Virus record (IMG/VR): IMGVR_UViG_3300025168_000033
Location: 64,001-128,000 of that record
Direction: 5' to 3' (one strand)
DNA: 64,000 nucleotides
From: a virus
Shown here: positions 45,494 to 55,562 of the stretch, in pieces
Numbering within the stretch: the first letter of the stretch is position 1
Layout of the letters: every line of letters starts with the position of its first letter
Made by a program: the position numbers and the translations under genes
The notes under the pieces: model-generated
What the model saw: the letters and a program-made list of their open reading frames with translations, nothing else
Database searches by the model: none
What the model was told of the DNA's origin: nothing

Positions 45494-48400
45494 CTATTTA
45501 GATATGTTTGGTTGACTGCTTAATGTAGTAGTCAAAGAATCATTCAAATCATTTATAGTATTTTGGAAAGATTTTACTGGTGTATCAGTTACATCTAAAT
45601 TATTCGATTTATACTTAGCAGTAACAGTGACATCAAAAGAAAACCGTTCATCTAATCCATAAAAGACATCGATTCCAAGTGTTTTATTATATATCAATTG
45701 ATCCAGTTTCGCATTAAGTTTACCACCAACTAACCCAAGTTCATCAGTACCATCACCAAAGAAATCAGTCATTCTATATTGAAATACTAGTGGAATACTT
45801 AAGCTTTTAGTATTTCCAAAGCTTATTTTCTTTGTTGATTTTGAACTGCTACCAGCAACACGACCAAATTCATGATCTTGCATCTTAGGAAAGAAGTAAG
45901 CACCACAGCTACGACCACCTAATAAATATTGATCATTGCTATCAAATCCAGATTTAACACCTCGATTTAATGTGGTATCATAAAATAATGCTGCCTGTTT
46001 ATTACCATTTGTTTCGGCATTATCTAATCGAGATAATATAGTATTTCTGAATTTTATAGGGAATGCTGCTTGCATCAAAAGTGTAGAATATCCAGTAGCA
46101 AGGCCAGAATCATATCCTATCTCTTTTGCATCTATAGCAAAAAACGGATGTAATTTATGAACACCTAAAAGTATATCATAATTTAATATACCAGTTGTAG
46201 AATGTTCACTAAGTGCTTCATCTATAGTAGCTAATGTTGTAGAAGTACCAACCAATGGAGAAATCCAAAAGTTCGAACTACTTCTATCAAATGGCGTAGT
46301 TCCAACAGGATAATCAAATTTATCTTCTAAATCATCTACGCTTGAAGCTGGTAATGTAGTAAAATTACCATTGGCGTCATTCGCTTTAGGCACACCTGTA
46401 TCATCAATATCACTATATAGCGACGAAGTTCCGTCTATATTTGAATATCTAAAATTTATGAATTGTCCTAATGATTGAGAAGACTGAAATGGTAATTCAG
46501 ACCTAACTGTAGCAAATGGATTAGGTGCTCCAGTAGTATTAGTAAGTTTCTCAGAAATATTTAATTTATCAATAAGCATAGGAACAACATCATATCTATC
46601 CTCAACATTATATGCCGAGTCATTACCGTTATATTTGTAATTTCCTTGTAGTGGATCAATAGTATTCCAAGATGCAATAGGTTTTCTATTAACAGGACCG
46701 AAGATTCTAGAATAAAGTTCCATTTCTGAAGCTCTTTCATTTTCAATAGTTAAGAAATATGTCTTGGTAATAATTACGCCTTTACTTATGCTTAATGCGG
46801 CTACTTCATCTTTATAGTTAGGCGCATTAATATATAGTTTTCCATTATTTTCTGCACGATATTCATTACCACTTTCATCGATTATTCTAATATTAAGCTG
46901 GCCTTTAGTTCTTTCAATTAAATCTCTAACTACTTGCAATTCGTCCTGAATTGACTTGATTTTTTCAAACATTGAAATAGGTGTTTGCTGTTCATCAACA
47001 AAACCAGAAGCTAATTCCAATCCGCTATGAGCAAAATACCGTCCGTTAGATTCAGTACTTTCTGATACGTGCCTATAAACACCTTTGGTTTCTAGATCCT
47101 CTTGTAATTCAATTCGTACACTTTCTTTAGTAGCTTCTTCTGTAATATCATCAACACTTATTTGTGATTCTAATTCATCAGGGAAATCTACACGAATAAT
47201 TTCAGTATATGCAGATTTTGTAGGATTTGCAGGATATCCTGCTTCAGAAACAGATTTAATTCTAAATTCTATTCCTTCACCTCCTTTAATAGCAAGGTCT
47301 AATTGATTAATATTTACCGAATCTGAATTTTCATTTTCTTCTACAACCCAACTTACCAATCCGGTATTAGGATCTGTAACTCTTTTTCTAACTGGAGTTT
47401 TAATTTCATTCCAAGTAGAAAATGAACCACGTCTTGTAGAGCCATCAGCCTCAGTAAATTCAATTTGATCAGCTGAATTAGCACCACCATCTTTTGTTAC
47501 ATATCTATATTGAATTTCAAATTGTACTACTTCCTGTGGTGTAGTTTGATTTGAAAATTTAGCATCAGGCAATGGCCAGAATCCACGTAATCTATATTTT
47601 GGTGTTGTACCCGTAATATTAGATTCAATTGTTTTTGTATTTATATCTCTTACTGAAGATGCATACAATTTTGAACGTGAACTTCTTTGACCTATAAGAG
47701 CATTTAATTCATTTCTATCCGCATCTCTTTCAACTTTAGATTTATATTTTTTATTTCCTAGCTGAGATTGCTTTTTATTAATTGCAATATCAAATTGTGA
47801 AATTTCATTTTTAAGTTTTACCTTTTCAGAATGTAATTTCTTGATTTCATCAATTATTGGCGTATCTGTAATGTGTCTATTAATTTGTGTTACTTTAAAA
47901 TCTGTAGCTGTAATTAATGGTGAACTAGGTATTTCTGCTAAAATAGAAGGCACTGTTCCTTCTTTAGCCATTGAAAAAAGAAATGCACCAAAATCTACAA
48001 CATCATCTTTATAATACTGATCTAGTGTTCTTGTAGTATTTCCATCATCAATAGTTAAATCATTTGAAAAATATCCAACACCAGGCGACCAGTTAGTTGC
48101 TTTAATTTCTGAATCTGGATCGATTGGCTTTATAAACATTACTGTTCTTTCATTAAAACCTACATTAACTTCTACAAGACTTGCAGCATTATTATCACCA
48201 AAGAAAATAAGATTATCATTTCCAATAGATATTTTTTCAAATCCTTCAAGTAATTCAACAGAAACTGTAGAAGTTCCTTCGTCTATTGAAGTAATTTTAT
48301 ATCGTGTATTTCTTGATTCAGAATTAATTACAATAGAATCATTGATTTTCAATTGTTGTGTATTAATATATCTTGAATCTCTATCTGAATATGTTAATTT

Positions 48401-49126
48401 ATCTAGCTTAAATTTTAAATCACGTTTAGTAATTTCCTCACCATTTTCCGTAACTGTTATAGGATTATCTAGAATTCTAATTACACTAAAAGTACCGTAA
48501 AATTTAAGGTCTCTTGGCGGAAGATTAATTACATCTTGATCTAAAAAGAATAATATTCCTTCCTGAAGTAATGAACTTAAAAATGTATCGTAATCCAGGT
48601 TTGATTTTCCTTGAAAATTCTTTTCAAAAAAATCTAATTTTTTATCTGTATCTAATGTTAAAATATATCTTGCGGTTTCTACTCTTTCAGTATTTGATTT
48701 AATTTGAACACCAAAATCGAATGAAACAAAAAGTAAAGGATTTAAAAATGATTCAAAAAACCAATTTGCTCTTGATCCAAAAGATGTCGGCGTAGAAATA
48801 GTTTTAATATCATTAGCTTCCTTTTTTAATGAATCCTGTAGAACTTTTCTAAAAGATCCGTCAGCTAATTGTAATACTGAATTTGAACTACCTAACCCTG
48901 AAAGAGACTCAACATTTTGATCAAGTCTTTCAATTTGTGATTGTAATTTTCCAAATGATGGAATTACAACTTTTTTAATTACATTATTTTCATCAAGTAT
49001 ATCAATTTCTACAGTATCAGATTTAGATGAAACTACATCAGATAACTTGTTAACTATTTCTAACCCGTTTTTCTGAACTTTAATAAGATCAGAAAGTAAA
49101 GTAGATAATGAATTTTTAGTAGGCAT
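45494..49126 (-). CDS. Large putative baseplate/tail structural protein
   Basis: 1210 aa with coiled coils and an FnIII-like segment (FEIQYRY..W..IEFRIKSVSEAG). Confidence 0.55.
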   Translation of the reverse strand: MPTKNSLSTLLSDLIKVQKNGLEIVNKLSDVVSSKSDTVEIDILDENNVIKKVVIPSFGKLQSQIERLDQNVESLSGLGSSNSVLQLADGSFRKVLQDSLKKEANDIKTISTPTSFGSRANWFFESFLNPLLFVSFDFGVQIKSNTERVETARYILTLDTDKKLDFFEKNFQGKSNLDYDTFLSSLLQEGILFFLDQDVINLPPRDLKFYGTFSVIRILDNPITVTENGEEITKRDLKFKLDKLTYSDRDSRYINTQQLKINDSIVINSESRNTRYKITSIDEGTSTVSVELLEGFEKISIGNDNLIFFGDNNAASLVEVNVGFNERTVMFIKPIDPDSEIKATNWSPGVGYFSNDLTIDDGNTTRTLDQYYKDDVVDFGAFLFSMAKEGTVPSILAEIPSSPLITATDFKVTQINRHITDTPIIDEIKKLHSEKVKLKNEISQFDIAINKKQSQLGNKKYKSKVERDADRNELNALIGQRSSRSKLYASSVRDINTKTIESNITGTTPKYRLRGFWPLPDAKFSNQTTPQEVVQFEIQYRYVTKDGGANSADQIEFTEADGSTRRGSFSTWNEIKTPVRKRVTDPNTGLVSWVVEENENSDSVNINQLDLAIKGGEGIEFRIKSVSEAGYPANPTKSAYTEIIRVDFPDELESQISVDDITEEATKESVRIELQEDLETKGVYRHVSESTESNGRYFAHSGLELASGFVDEQQTPISMFEKIKSIQDELQVVRDLIERTKGQLNIRIIDESGNEYRAENNGKLYINAPNYKDEVAALSISKGVIITKTYFLTIENERASEMELYSRIFGPVNRKPIASWNTIDPLQGNYKYNGNDSAYNVEDRYDVVPMLIDKLNISEKLTNTTGAPNPFATVRSELPFQSSQSLGQFINFRYSNIDGTSSLYSDIDDTGVPKANDANGNFTTLPASSVDDLEDKFDYPVGTTPFDRSSSNFWISPLVGTSTTLATIDEALSEHSTTGILNYDILLGVHKLHPFFAIDAKEIGYDSGLATGYSTLLMQAAFPIKFRNTILSRLDNAETNGNKQAALFYDTTLNRGVKSGFDSNDQYLLGGRSCGAYFFPKMQDHEFGRVAGSSSKSTKKISFGNTKSLSIPLVFQYRMTDFFGDGTDELGLVGGKLNAKLDQLIYNKTLGIDVFYGLDERFSFDVTVTAKYKSNNLDVTDTPVKSFQNTINDLNDSLTTTLSSQPNISK

Positions 49127-49143
49127 GTAAGGTTGTTTTTATT

Positions 49144-51165
49144 TTATTTTATTACATCAATATGAAATAAATATTTAATATCGTTTGCGCAAATTACATC
49201 AAAAACTGGTTTAGTTGAGATGATATTTATATTATCTATCACACCAATTGTCTTGCCGTATTTACCTAGATTAAATTTATTTGCAGCATCCGTAAATAAT
49301 ACAATTCGCTTTCCATTTAAATTTATATCATTTTCAAAAGATATTCTTAAAGTTTGACCTTGAGACCAGCTAGTACTTAAGTCAGAAATATTAATTATTA
49401 GATCTGTAGTTAACGTTCCTGTAGCACTTGTATTTTTAAAATAATTAGAAAACTTACCAAGTGTTATAATATTGTTTCTTTCAGCATAATTACTGTCGTT
49501 GATATCAAAAACACCATTATCAAGTCCGTAACTTAAAAATCCTGTAGATGTTGAAATTTCAGGAAATGAAGAATACGTTTGATTTTTATTAATAATTTTT
49601 GCTTTATTTGGAACCGATCTATCGATTGAAATACCATCACCAAAATCAAGTACATTAGAATCAATTGTTAATGTTAAAGGAAGTTGACCGCCAATAATTT
49701 GATTTATTTTATCTGAATTATTTCCAATTAAATCTAGTATTGAAGTATTATCTTCTAGCGCAATACTGGCATTATTAATTTTACTTTCTAATGCAGCAAT
49801 TTCACTTGTTAAGGTTTTTATATTGTCTTGAGTATAAATTAATTTTTCTAGATTATCTAATCTAGACATTAAACTAATAGTATCTAGCTTTTGAGTTAGA
49901 AACATATCAGTTGTTTCCTGTAATCTTGTCGATGCATCAACAAAAATATCCATTGAGAATGTATTGTAATCATTGATAACAGTAGTAATTCCTACATTAT
50001 CCGTTGATGTATCAAATTTAACATTCAATTTTAATCCATATGAATTACCATTTAATTTAGTAACTGGATTAGGTTTAAATTTAGCAAAGCTTTTTAATGC
50101 ACCAATACCTCCAGCAGAATTCTTATAATCGTCAAGAACCAATATCCCGTAAACATTGGTTGCACTTTTAGATGGATTTGATGCACTATATACATCATAA
50201 TATAAAAGAACTGCATTGAATTCAAAATCACTTGCAGCATCGGAAGAATTTAATTCTGAAATAGAATTTAAATTTGGATTAGATGCAATGGGGGTATAAT
50301 TCTGTGGATCAAAATCTAATACAACACCAGCCATATCAGATTTAAGTACTGGTTTACTATTTGCTGTTACTCCTGTATTTGTAACTAATCCAAATGTTGT
50401 ACCAGTAGAATAACTATTGTCTCCATCATCATCATAATATGCGGTAAGTGATAATCCAGCAGGATGAGTTCCACTTCTATCGTTTATATCTTCCTGTGAT
50501 GTATTAATAAATTTTATATTTGCCTTATAATTATCGTCGGCAAATTCCTTGAATAGTACTAATGGTGTATTACCATGACCTGTTGGAATATTTATATATA
50601 GTTCTGTATATGTATGTCCTCCTCTAGAAACAGTATTTATAATATCTAAATCACCGATATATTTGACAACACTATCATAGCGTTGAGTTCCTATATTGGT
50701 TTGTGTTTCTTCTTTAAATCGATTATTAACTGTAGCTTCTGTAGGAAATGCAGAAGTTTGAAATCTCATAGCACCTAATTCAATAAGCCACTTCCAAAAA
50801 ATTCTTTCAGATGCTGTGGCAAATTCACTATCATCATATTCAATACCTGTACTGTTCTTGCTATTTAAAACAAGATCTTCAATATTAAGTGCATAGTTCT
50901 GTAAAGATTTAGCAAAATTTACATTATGATCTATAGATAATTCAGAAATAGCACCTGAAGCTGCCATACCAGCGGCTTCCCAAACAACATTATTTTGTTT
51001 ATTTGTAGGAGTTTCTACATCTGGAATATCCAGACATACAAATTTAGAAAACACAAATCTTGCATCATCATCAGTAAAAGTTTTAGAAATATCCGATGCC
51101 GCAGAGCTAAACGTATAGAACGTTCCACCTTGAACTTGCAACGGCTTTATGAGTGGAGTAGCCAT
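49144..51165 (-). CDS. Putative baseplate/tail structural protein
   Basis: 673 aa with a central coiled coil, in the structural operon. Confidence 0.55.
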   Translation of the reverse strand: MATPLIKPLQVQGGTFYTFSSAASDISKTFTDDDARFVFSKFVCLDIPDVETPTNKQNNVVWEAAGMAASGAISELSIDHNVNFAKSLQNYALNIEDLVLNSKNSTGIEYDDSEFATASERIFWKWLIELGAMRFQTSAFPTEATVNNRFKEETQTNIGTQRYDSVVKYIGDLDIINTVSRGGHTYTELYINIPTGHGNTPLVLFKEFADDNYKANIKFINTSQEDINDRSGTHPAGLSLTAYYDDDGDNSYSTGTTFGLVTNTGVTANSKPVLKSDMAGVVLDFDPQNYTPIASNPNLNSISELNSSDAASDFEFNAVLLYYDVYSASNPSKSATNVYGILVLDDYKNSAGGIGALKSFAKFKPNPVTKLNGNSYGLKLNVKFDTSTDNVGITTVINDYNTFSMDIFVDASTRLQETTDMFLTQKLDTISLMSRLDNLEKLIYTQDNIKTLTSEIAALESKINNASIALEDNTSILDLIGNNSDKINQIIGGQLPLTLTIDSNVLDFGDGISIDRSVPNKAKIINKNQTYSSFPEISTSTGFLSYGLDNGVFDINDSNYAERNNIITLGKFSNYFKNTSATGTLTTDLIINISDLSTSWSQGQTLRISFENDINLNGKRIVLFTDAANKFNLGKYGKTIGVIDNINIISTKPVFDVICANDIKYLFHIDVIK

Positions 51166-51183
51166 TTAGTAAGTTTTTAATTT

Positions 51184-51699
51184 TTATGCACTTGTAACTT
51201 GTTCCCAAGCTGAACCATTCCAAAATTGTAGTTTTCCGCCAGTAATCATAAGTGGATTAGATCCTGCTACCGGAGCAGTAAGCGTAGCAGTTGCCCCAAT
51301 TGGAATTCCAATTGCTGATGCACCAACAGTTAAAATCGGTGTAGTTTGAACTAAAGAATATATTAAATCTGCATCCTGAATACTTATTTTACCAGCACTT
51401 ATATCTACATCACCTGAAGTTACAGTTAAATTACCTGAGTCTAATTCAAAATTGCCAGAATTAATTTTTATAGTACCATTTTGAACTGTAATTCCTGAAG
51501 TAGTAACAATAATACCGTTAGTCTTAACAATATTACCAGATGTTCCATAAATTGAATTATCAAATTCTCCGGTACTTGTATCAAATGCATCCAACACATC
51601 ATTGACAGATTCTTTAATAGTATTAATATTGTCATTGATAGTTATTCTTGATGCTGAAACTGAATCAGTTCCCAAGATGTCTTTTGTTGTAATAGCCAT
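51184..51699 (-). CDS. Short fibre-like structural protein
   Basis: TDSVSASRITINDN anchor-type N-terminus, beta repeats, LQFWNGSAW end. Confidence 0.55.
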   Translation of the reverse strand: MAITTKDILGTDSVSASRITINDNINTIKESVNDVLDAFDTSTGEFDNSIYGTSGNIVKTNGIIVTTSGITVQNGTIKINSGNFELDSGNLTVTSGDVDISAGKISIQDADLIYSLVQTTPILTVGASAIGIPIGATATLTAPVAGSNPLMITGGKLQFWNGSAWEQVTSA

Positions 51700-51702
51700 T
51701 TT

Positions 51703-54700
51703 TTAAATTATTTTTATGAATTCATTCTTAATTATGTTACTTTTGTTACCATTAGTATCTTCTAGTTCCAATGAAAAGGTATAACTTCCTTTTTGATTGA
51801 ATAAATAAGATAGGTATTCATTTCTGTAATATATATCTACCCATTGATTATCGTTTTCCTTTGTGATTTTCCATACTGGTTTGACTCCTCCTGGCACAGA
51901 AGAATTATCATAAGTAAAATTACCTCGTACAAGATTCTTTAATGTATCAGAATATTTTATACTTCTTAATGTGTCGTAAGTAGGATTTGTGGTAATATTT
52001 CTACCATAAGACGTTCCTATCATTGTCGATCCATATTGAATATTGACAGTATCATATGAATTAAATCCTTTATCTGTAGCTATTATTTTATTAAACGCAT
52101 TACCAGCTAATGTCATACCAGTAGCACCAGTACCTAAATGTGTACCACCAGTATATCCAGTAATAACAGTATAATCAAACTTAGATATTTCAGGACCAGT
52201 AGATAAATTTAGTTCATCGGCTAATATTGAAAGATCAGTTACCGTAGAACCTACAGTAAAAACCGTACCGTTATTAATACTAAATGTGGATCCGACTGGA
52301 GCTGTATAAATTTCAAATCCTGTCGGAATGTCTCCGAGTGTTTGTACATTTGCGTGATACGGACTTGAATCACCTGTTATATCAGTATATGTTATTTCTA
52401 TTCTATTTGGAACTTCAATATTTTTTGAAATGGCCTTTATAGACGGAACAAAATTATGTGAATGTACTCCAGTTCCAAATGCATTATCATATTTAAAATC
52501 ATAATGAAATATAAATATATCAAATAAATTTACGGTATCATCTCCAACAGGACCAATTAAATTTGTATTGATTGCAGATGCACCTACATTTTCATTTAAT
52601 TGTTTTACTGCATTTTTAAATTTATCGTATGGATCTGTTCCAAGATTATCAAATGTGAATGCGCTTTTCTTTCCAAGAACTGGATGAGTTAATGTAATAG
52701 TAGGCGTTGTCGAAGTTATAGTATCAATTGAAAATTGAACTAAAGTTGGATCGCAATAATCCCAGTATAATGCTGATGTATCATCCCAAGTTGATTGTTC
52801 TCCTAGATTATTCCAGAAATAAGGTGTAATATCAATTCTAGGATCTGTAGGAATCTCATTAAATTGTCTTTGAGCAAATTCTATTTTATCAAGAAATTCA
52901 TAAGTCATTTCCGCCATATCAAGCTCCTCATTAGGATGAACAGGAATATTCCAGCTAGAATTGTAATCGTTCCAACTAAGCATATTAGATAGCTTGTTAT
53001 CGTTAATGGCTTTTGTTTTTCTTGGTTCTCTCGTATCATCCCATGTATATTTAGGTTTTATAGATTCATGCCAAGCAATAAAGTTTGGCTTTTTAGCTTC
53101 AACTTCAACAAAATTATCTGTTTTAAGATATGTTATTCCATTAAATAAATCTCTCATTCGCATTTCTAATCTATACTTTCCAGTATATGGAAGTACAAGT
53201 GGATATTTATCTAGCAGATCTATTGATTGATATCCAGTATCATGAACCCATCCGCTTGCACCAACTGTATTGGATTCTGTACAGGTAACAACCCATTGCA
53301 TTTCATAGAAATTCATTCTTTCTACATTATACCATTGATATTGAGCAGATGAAGGGGTGGTAGCATAAATACCGGTTGGAAATCCTGCTGCGGGTACCGG
53401 TGTATAAGTTGATCCAGCACTCACAGTAAGACTTGAAAACGAAGTTGTAAAAGGTCCATATAAAGGCAATCCAAAATTATCGGAGCCTGATGTTATTTCA
53501 GTTTCATCTAAAGAATTCCAAGTAAGAGTCATTTCATCCCAAGGGATAGTTAATGAATTATTGTCTAGTACTATTGGATATCCTACAGGAATTCCTTCAG
53601 CATCACTTAATTCATTTACTGGAATTTGAGCTCCAGTAAAATATCCAATAAAGCAATCAGCATAATCACTTATTGCCGATGCACCCATAAATAATTCAGT
53701 TTCAACTATAGTAGATGGCGTTCCTGAACTAGTGCCCTGAGTAATATCAAAAACATAATTAAATGTAGTCGGATATTGTTCAACTACTCGCATTACACCA
53801 TTAGCAGTAGCACCAAAAGGATAAACTTTAAAATTAATAAATGGATAATTTGGTGATGCATTCCAAGCATCAACTAATCCTAATAATGTTTCTGCATCAT
53901 TTTCAGAAAACTGAGTAGTATATTCTATTGAGTTATTTGTTGTTGTATCTCTAATTACAAATTTGTCACCTTCATCCGCATTAGCAATAGTAAAATTATA
54001 AATATGTAAAGAATGAGTTCCACCAATACTAAGATCTGGTGCTATAGGGCAACCTAAATGATTAAGCGGTCTTAAATCTTCAATATATCCAAAATCTGAA
54101 GGAAGTACCTTAACATCAGGCCTAATATTTAAATCGATTTTATCTATTCTTGTTTGATCGACCCAGCTATTAATATCATATTTAGTAAAGTAAATTGCTT
54201 CACCAATAATATCAACAATACGGGCATTCATTGGAAGAAAATGAGTCTTCAATTTTTGCTTTAATGCAAATAACTTGATTAATACTTCTTCTAGGCTAAA
54301 TTCATTTGATTCTATTACTGTTGGTAATCCATCGTCATCATATTTACCATCCCATTCTGTAATATTATAGAACAATCCAAATTTAGAAGTCTTCTTATAA
54401 AATTTATTTGGTATGAATTTTTCACTGACATTTGGATCGCCATCATTAGAAAAAATATCTACAATATCTGTATGTCTATATTTTCCAAAATTTACAGATT
54501 CAATTTCAATATTCTTCCAGTATTCTTTTAGCTTAACATTGTCATATCCAAAATATTTTACAATATTAATTAATGCCTTGTAGCTACCTAAATACGGAAA
54601 TATATTTTCAAATTCTAATAAAAGTTCTTTTCTTTTTGTATTTAATTTTTGATTGTCTGGAATATCTTCATTAATGTCAGTAGATTGAAATATTTTGAAA

Positions 54701-55308
54701 TCTCTAGCATTAATGTTCCAGCCAAAATTATCAAGCATTACTGCTAATCTTTTATCTTCTTCAATACCTTCACCATAGAATGTTATTTTTGCAAATACTT
54801 CATTAGTATGTGAATCCTTAAGCTGAAGTACATTTTCATATGCAATATCCTGTTTAGGACAAAATCCAATATTTAATGCTATCACATTATCTGTAATATT
54901 AGATGTAATTTTCATTCCAGTTGCACCAGTAGTTTCTATAGTTTCGGTAGAATCTATATCAAATGTAACTTCCTGTGAAGTTGATTTTGTTAGTAAAATA
55001 TTTTCGGCAGTTGCATCAAAAGAATATAAAAATAATTCTGGAGTTTTATCATCGACCCAAGATACATTTACTGCAGATGTAGCACCAGCACCATTAAAAA
55101 TATGTGGTAATCCAAATGTCGTAGTTGCTGCTCCAGCAGAAGCTTTAAATTCTTCAGAAATAAATATTTGATAACTTTCAATTAAGTCTGTAGATACTTT
55201 TGGAATATGAACTCTACCTGTTAGTAGCCCTAAATCTGAATCATAATCTAGATTCAGATTGTCTCCACTTTTATTGTAGAAATTAAGAAATTTATATTTA
55301 GTAGCCAT
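51703..55308 (-). CDS. Baseplate wedge-like protein (gp7-like) with Ig/PKD-like domains
   Basis: YLGSYKALINIVKYFGY..LKEYW motif typical of wedge / P2 gpI-like proteins; C-terminal YLFNQKGSYTFSLELED; follows gp6. Confidence 0.55.
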   Translation of the reverse strand: MATKYKFLNFYNKSGDNLNLDYDSDLGLLTGRVHIPKVSTDLIESYQIFISEEFKASAGAATTTFGLPHIFNGAGATSAVNVSWVDDKTPELFLYSFDATAENILLTKSTSQEVTFDIDSTETIETTGATGMKITSNITDNVIALNIGFCPKQDIAYENVLQLKDSHTNEVFAKITFYGEGIEEDKRLAVMLDNFGWNINARDFKIFQSTDINEDIPDNQKLNTKRKELLLEFENIFPYLGSYKALINIVKYFGYDNVKLKEYWKNIEIESVNFGKYRHTDIVDIFSNDGDPNVSEKFIPNKFYKKTSKFGLFYNITEWDGKYDDDGLPTVIESNEFSLEEVLIKLFALKQKLKTHFLPMNARIVDIIGEAIYFTKYDINSWVDQTRIDKIDLNIRPDVKVLPSDFGYIEDLRPLNHLGCPIAPDLSIGGTHSLHIYNFTIANADEGDKFVIRDTTTNNSIEYTTQFSENDAETLLGLVDAWNASPNYPFINFKVYPFGATANGVMRVVEQYPTTFNYVFDITQGTSSGTPSTIVETELFMGASAISDYADCFIGYFTGAQIPVNELSDAEGIPVGYPIVLDNNSLTIPWDEMTLTWNSLDETEITSGSDNFGLPLYGPFTTSFSSLTVSAGSTYTPVPAAGFPTGIYATTPSSAQYQWYNVERMNFYEMQWVVTCTESNTVGASGWVHDTGYQSIDLLDKYPLVLPYTGKYRLEMRMRDLFNGITYLKTDNFVEVEAKKPNFIAWHESIKPKYTWDDTREPRKTKAINDNKLSNMLSWNDYNSSWNIPVHPNEELDMAEMTYEFLDKIEFAQRQFNEIPTDPRIDITPYFWNNLGEQSTWDDTSALYWDYCDPTLVQFSIDTITSTTPTITLTHPVLGKKSAFTFDNLGTDPYDKFKNAVKQLNENVGASAINTNLIGPVGDDTVNLFDIFIFHYDFKYDNAFGTGVHSHNFVPSIKAISKNIEVPNRIEITYTDITGDSSPYHANVQTLGDIPTGFEIYTAPVGSTFSINNGTVFTVGSTVTDLSILADELNLSTGPEISKFDYTVITGYTGGTHLGTGATGMTLAGNAFNKIIATDKGFNSYDTVNIQYGSTMIGTSYGRNITTNPTYDTLRSIKYSDTLKNLVRGNFTYDNSSVPGGVKPVWKITKENDNQWVDIYYRNEYLSYLFNQKGSYTFSLELEDTNGNKSNIIKNEFIKII

Positions 55309-55317
55309 CTAATGTAT

Positions 55318-55560
55318 TTATTTAACGTCTTTTTGATCCTGTTTTATAGTATAATTTACGAATGTTTTTATTCTTTTAACTGATTCAATAGCTTCAAATA
55401 GAATATCATTAATATATCCTAAAAATCCTTCCGCAATTGGATTTCCTGCAAAAAATCTAGGAGATAAAGAATTCTTCATTAAAGATTTACTATAATCATA
55501 TCCAGTTTTATTCTTATCAGATCCAAATGACCAGGTCTCATCGTATAATTTCTTTGCCAT
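55318..55560 (-). CDS. Small hypothetical baseplate-associated protein
   Basis: 80-aa ORF between the gp6-like and gp7-like genes. Confidence 0.55.
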   Translation of the reverse strand: MAKKLYDETWSFGSDKNKTGYDYSKSLMKNSLSPRFFAGNPIAEGFLGYINDILFEAIESVKRIKTFVNYTIKQDQKDVK

Positions 55561-55562
55561 AA

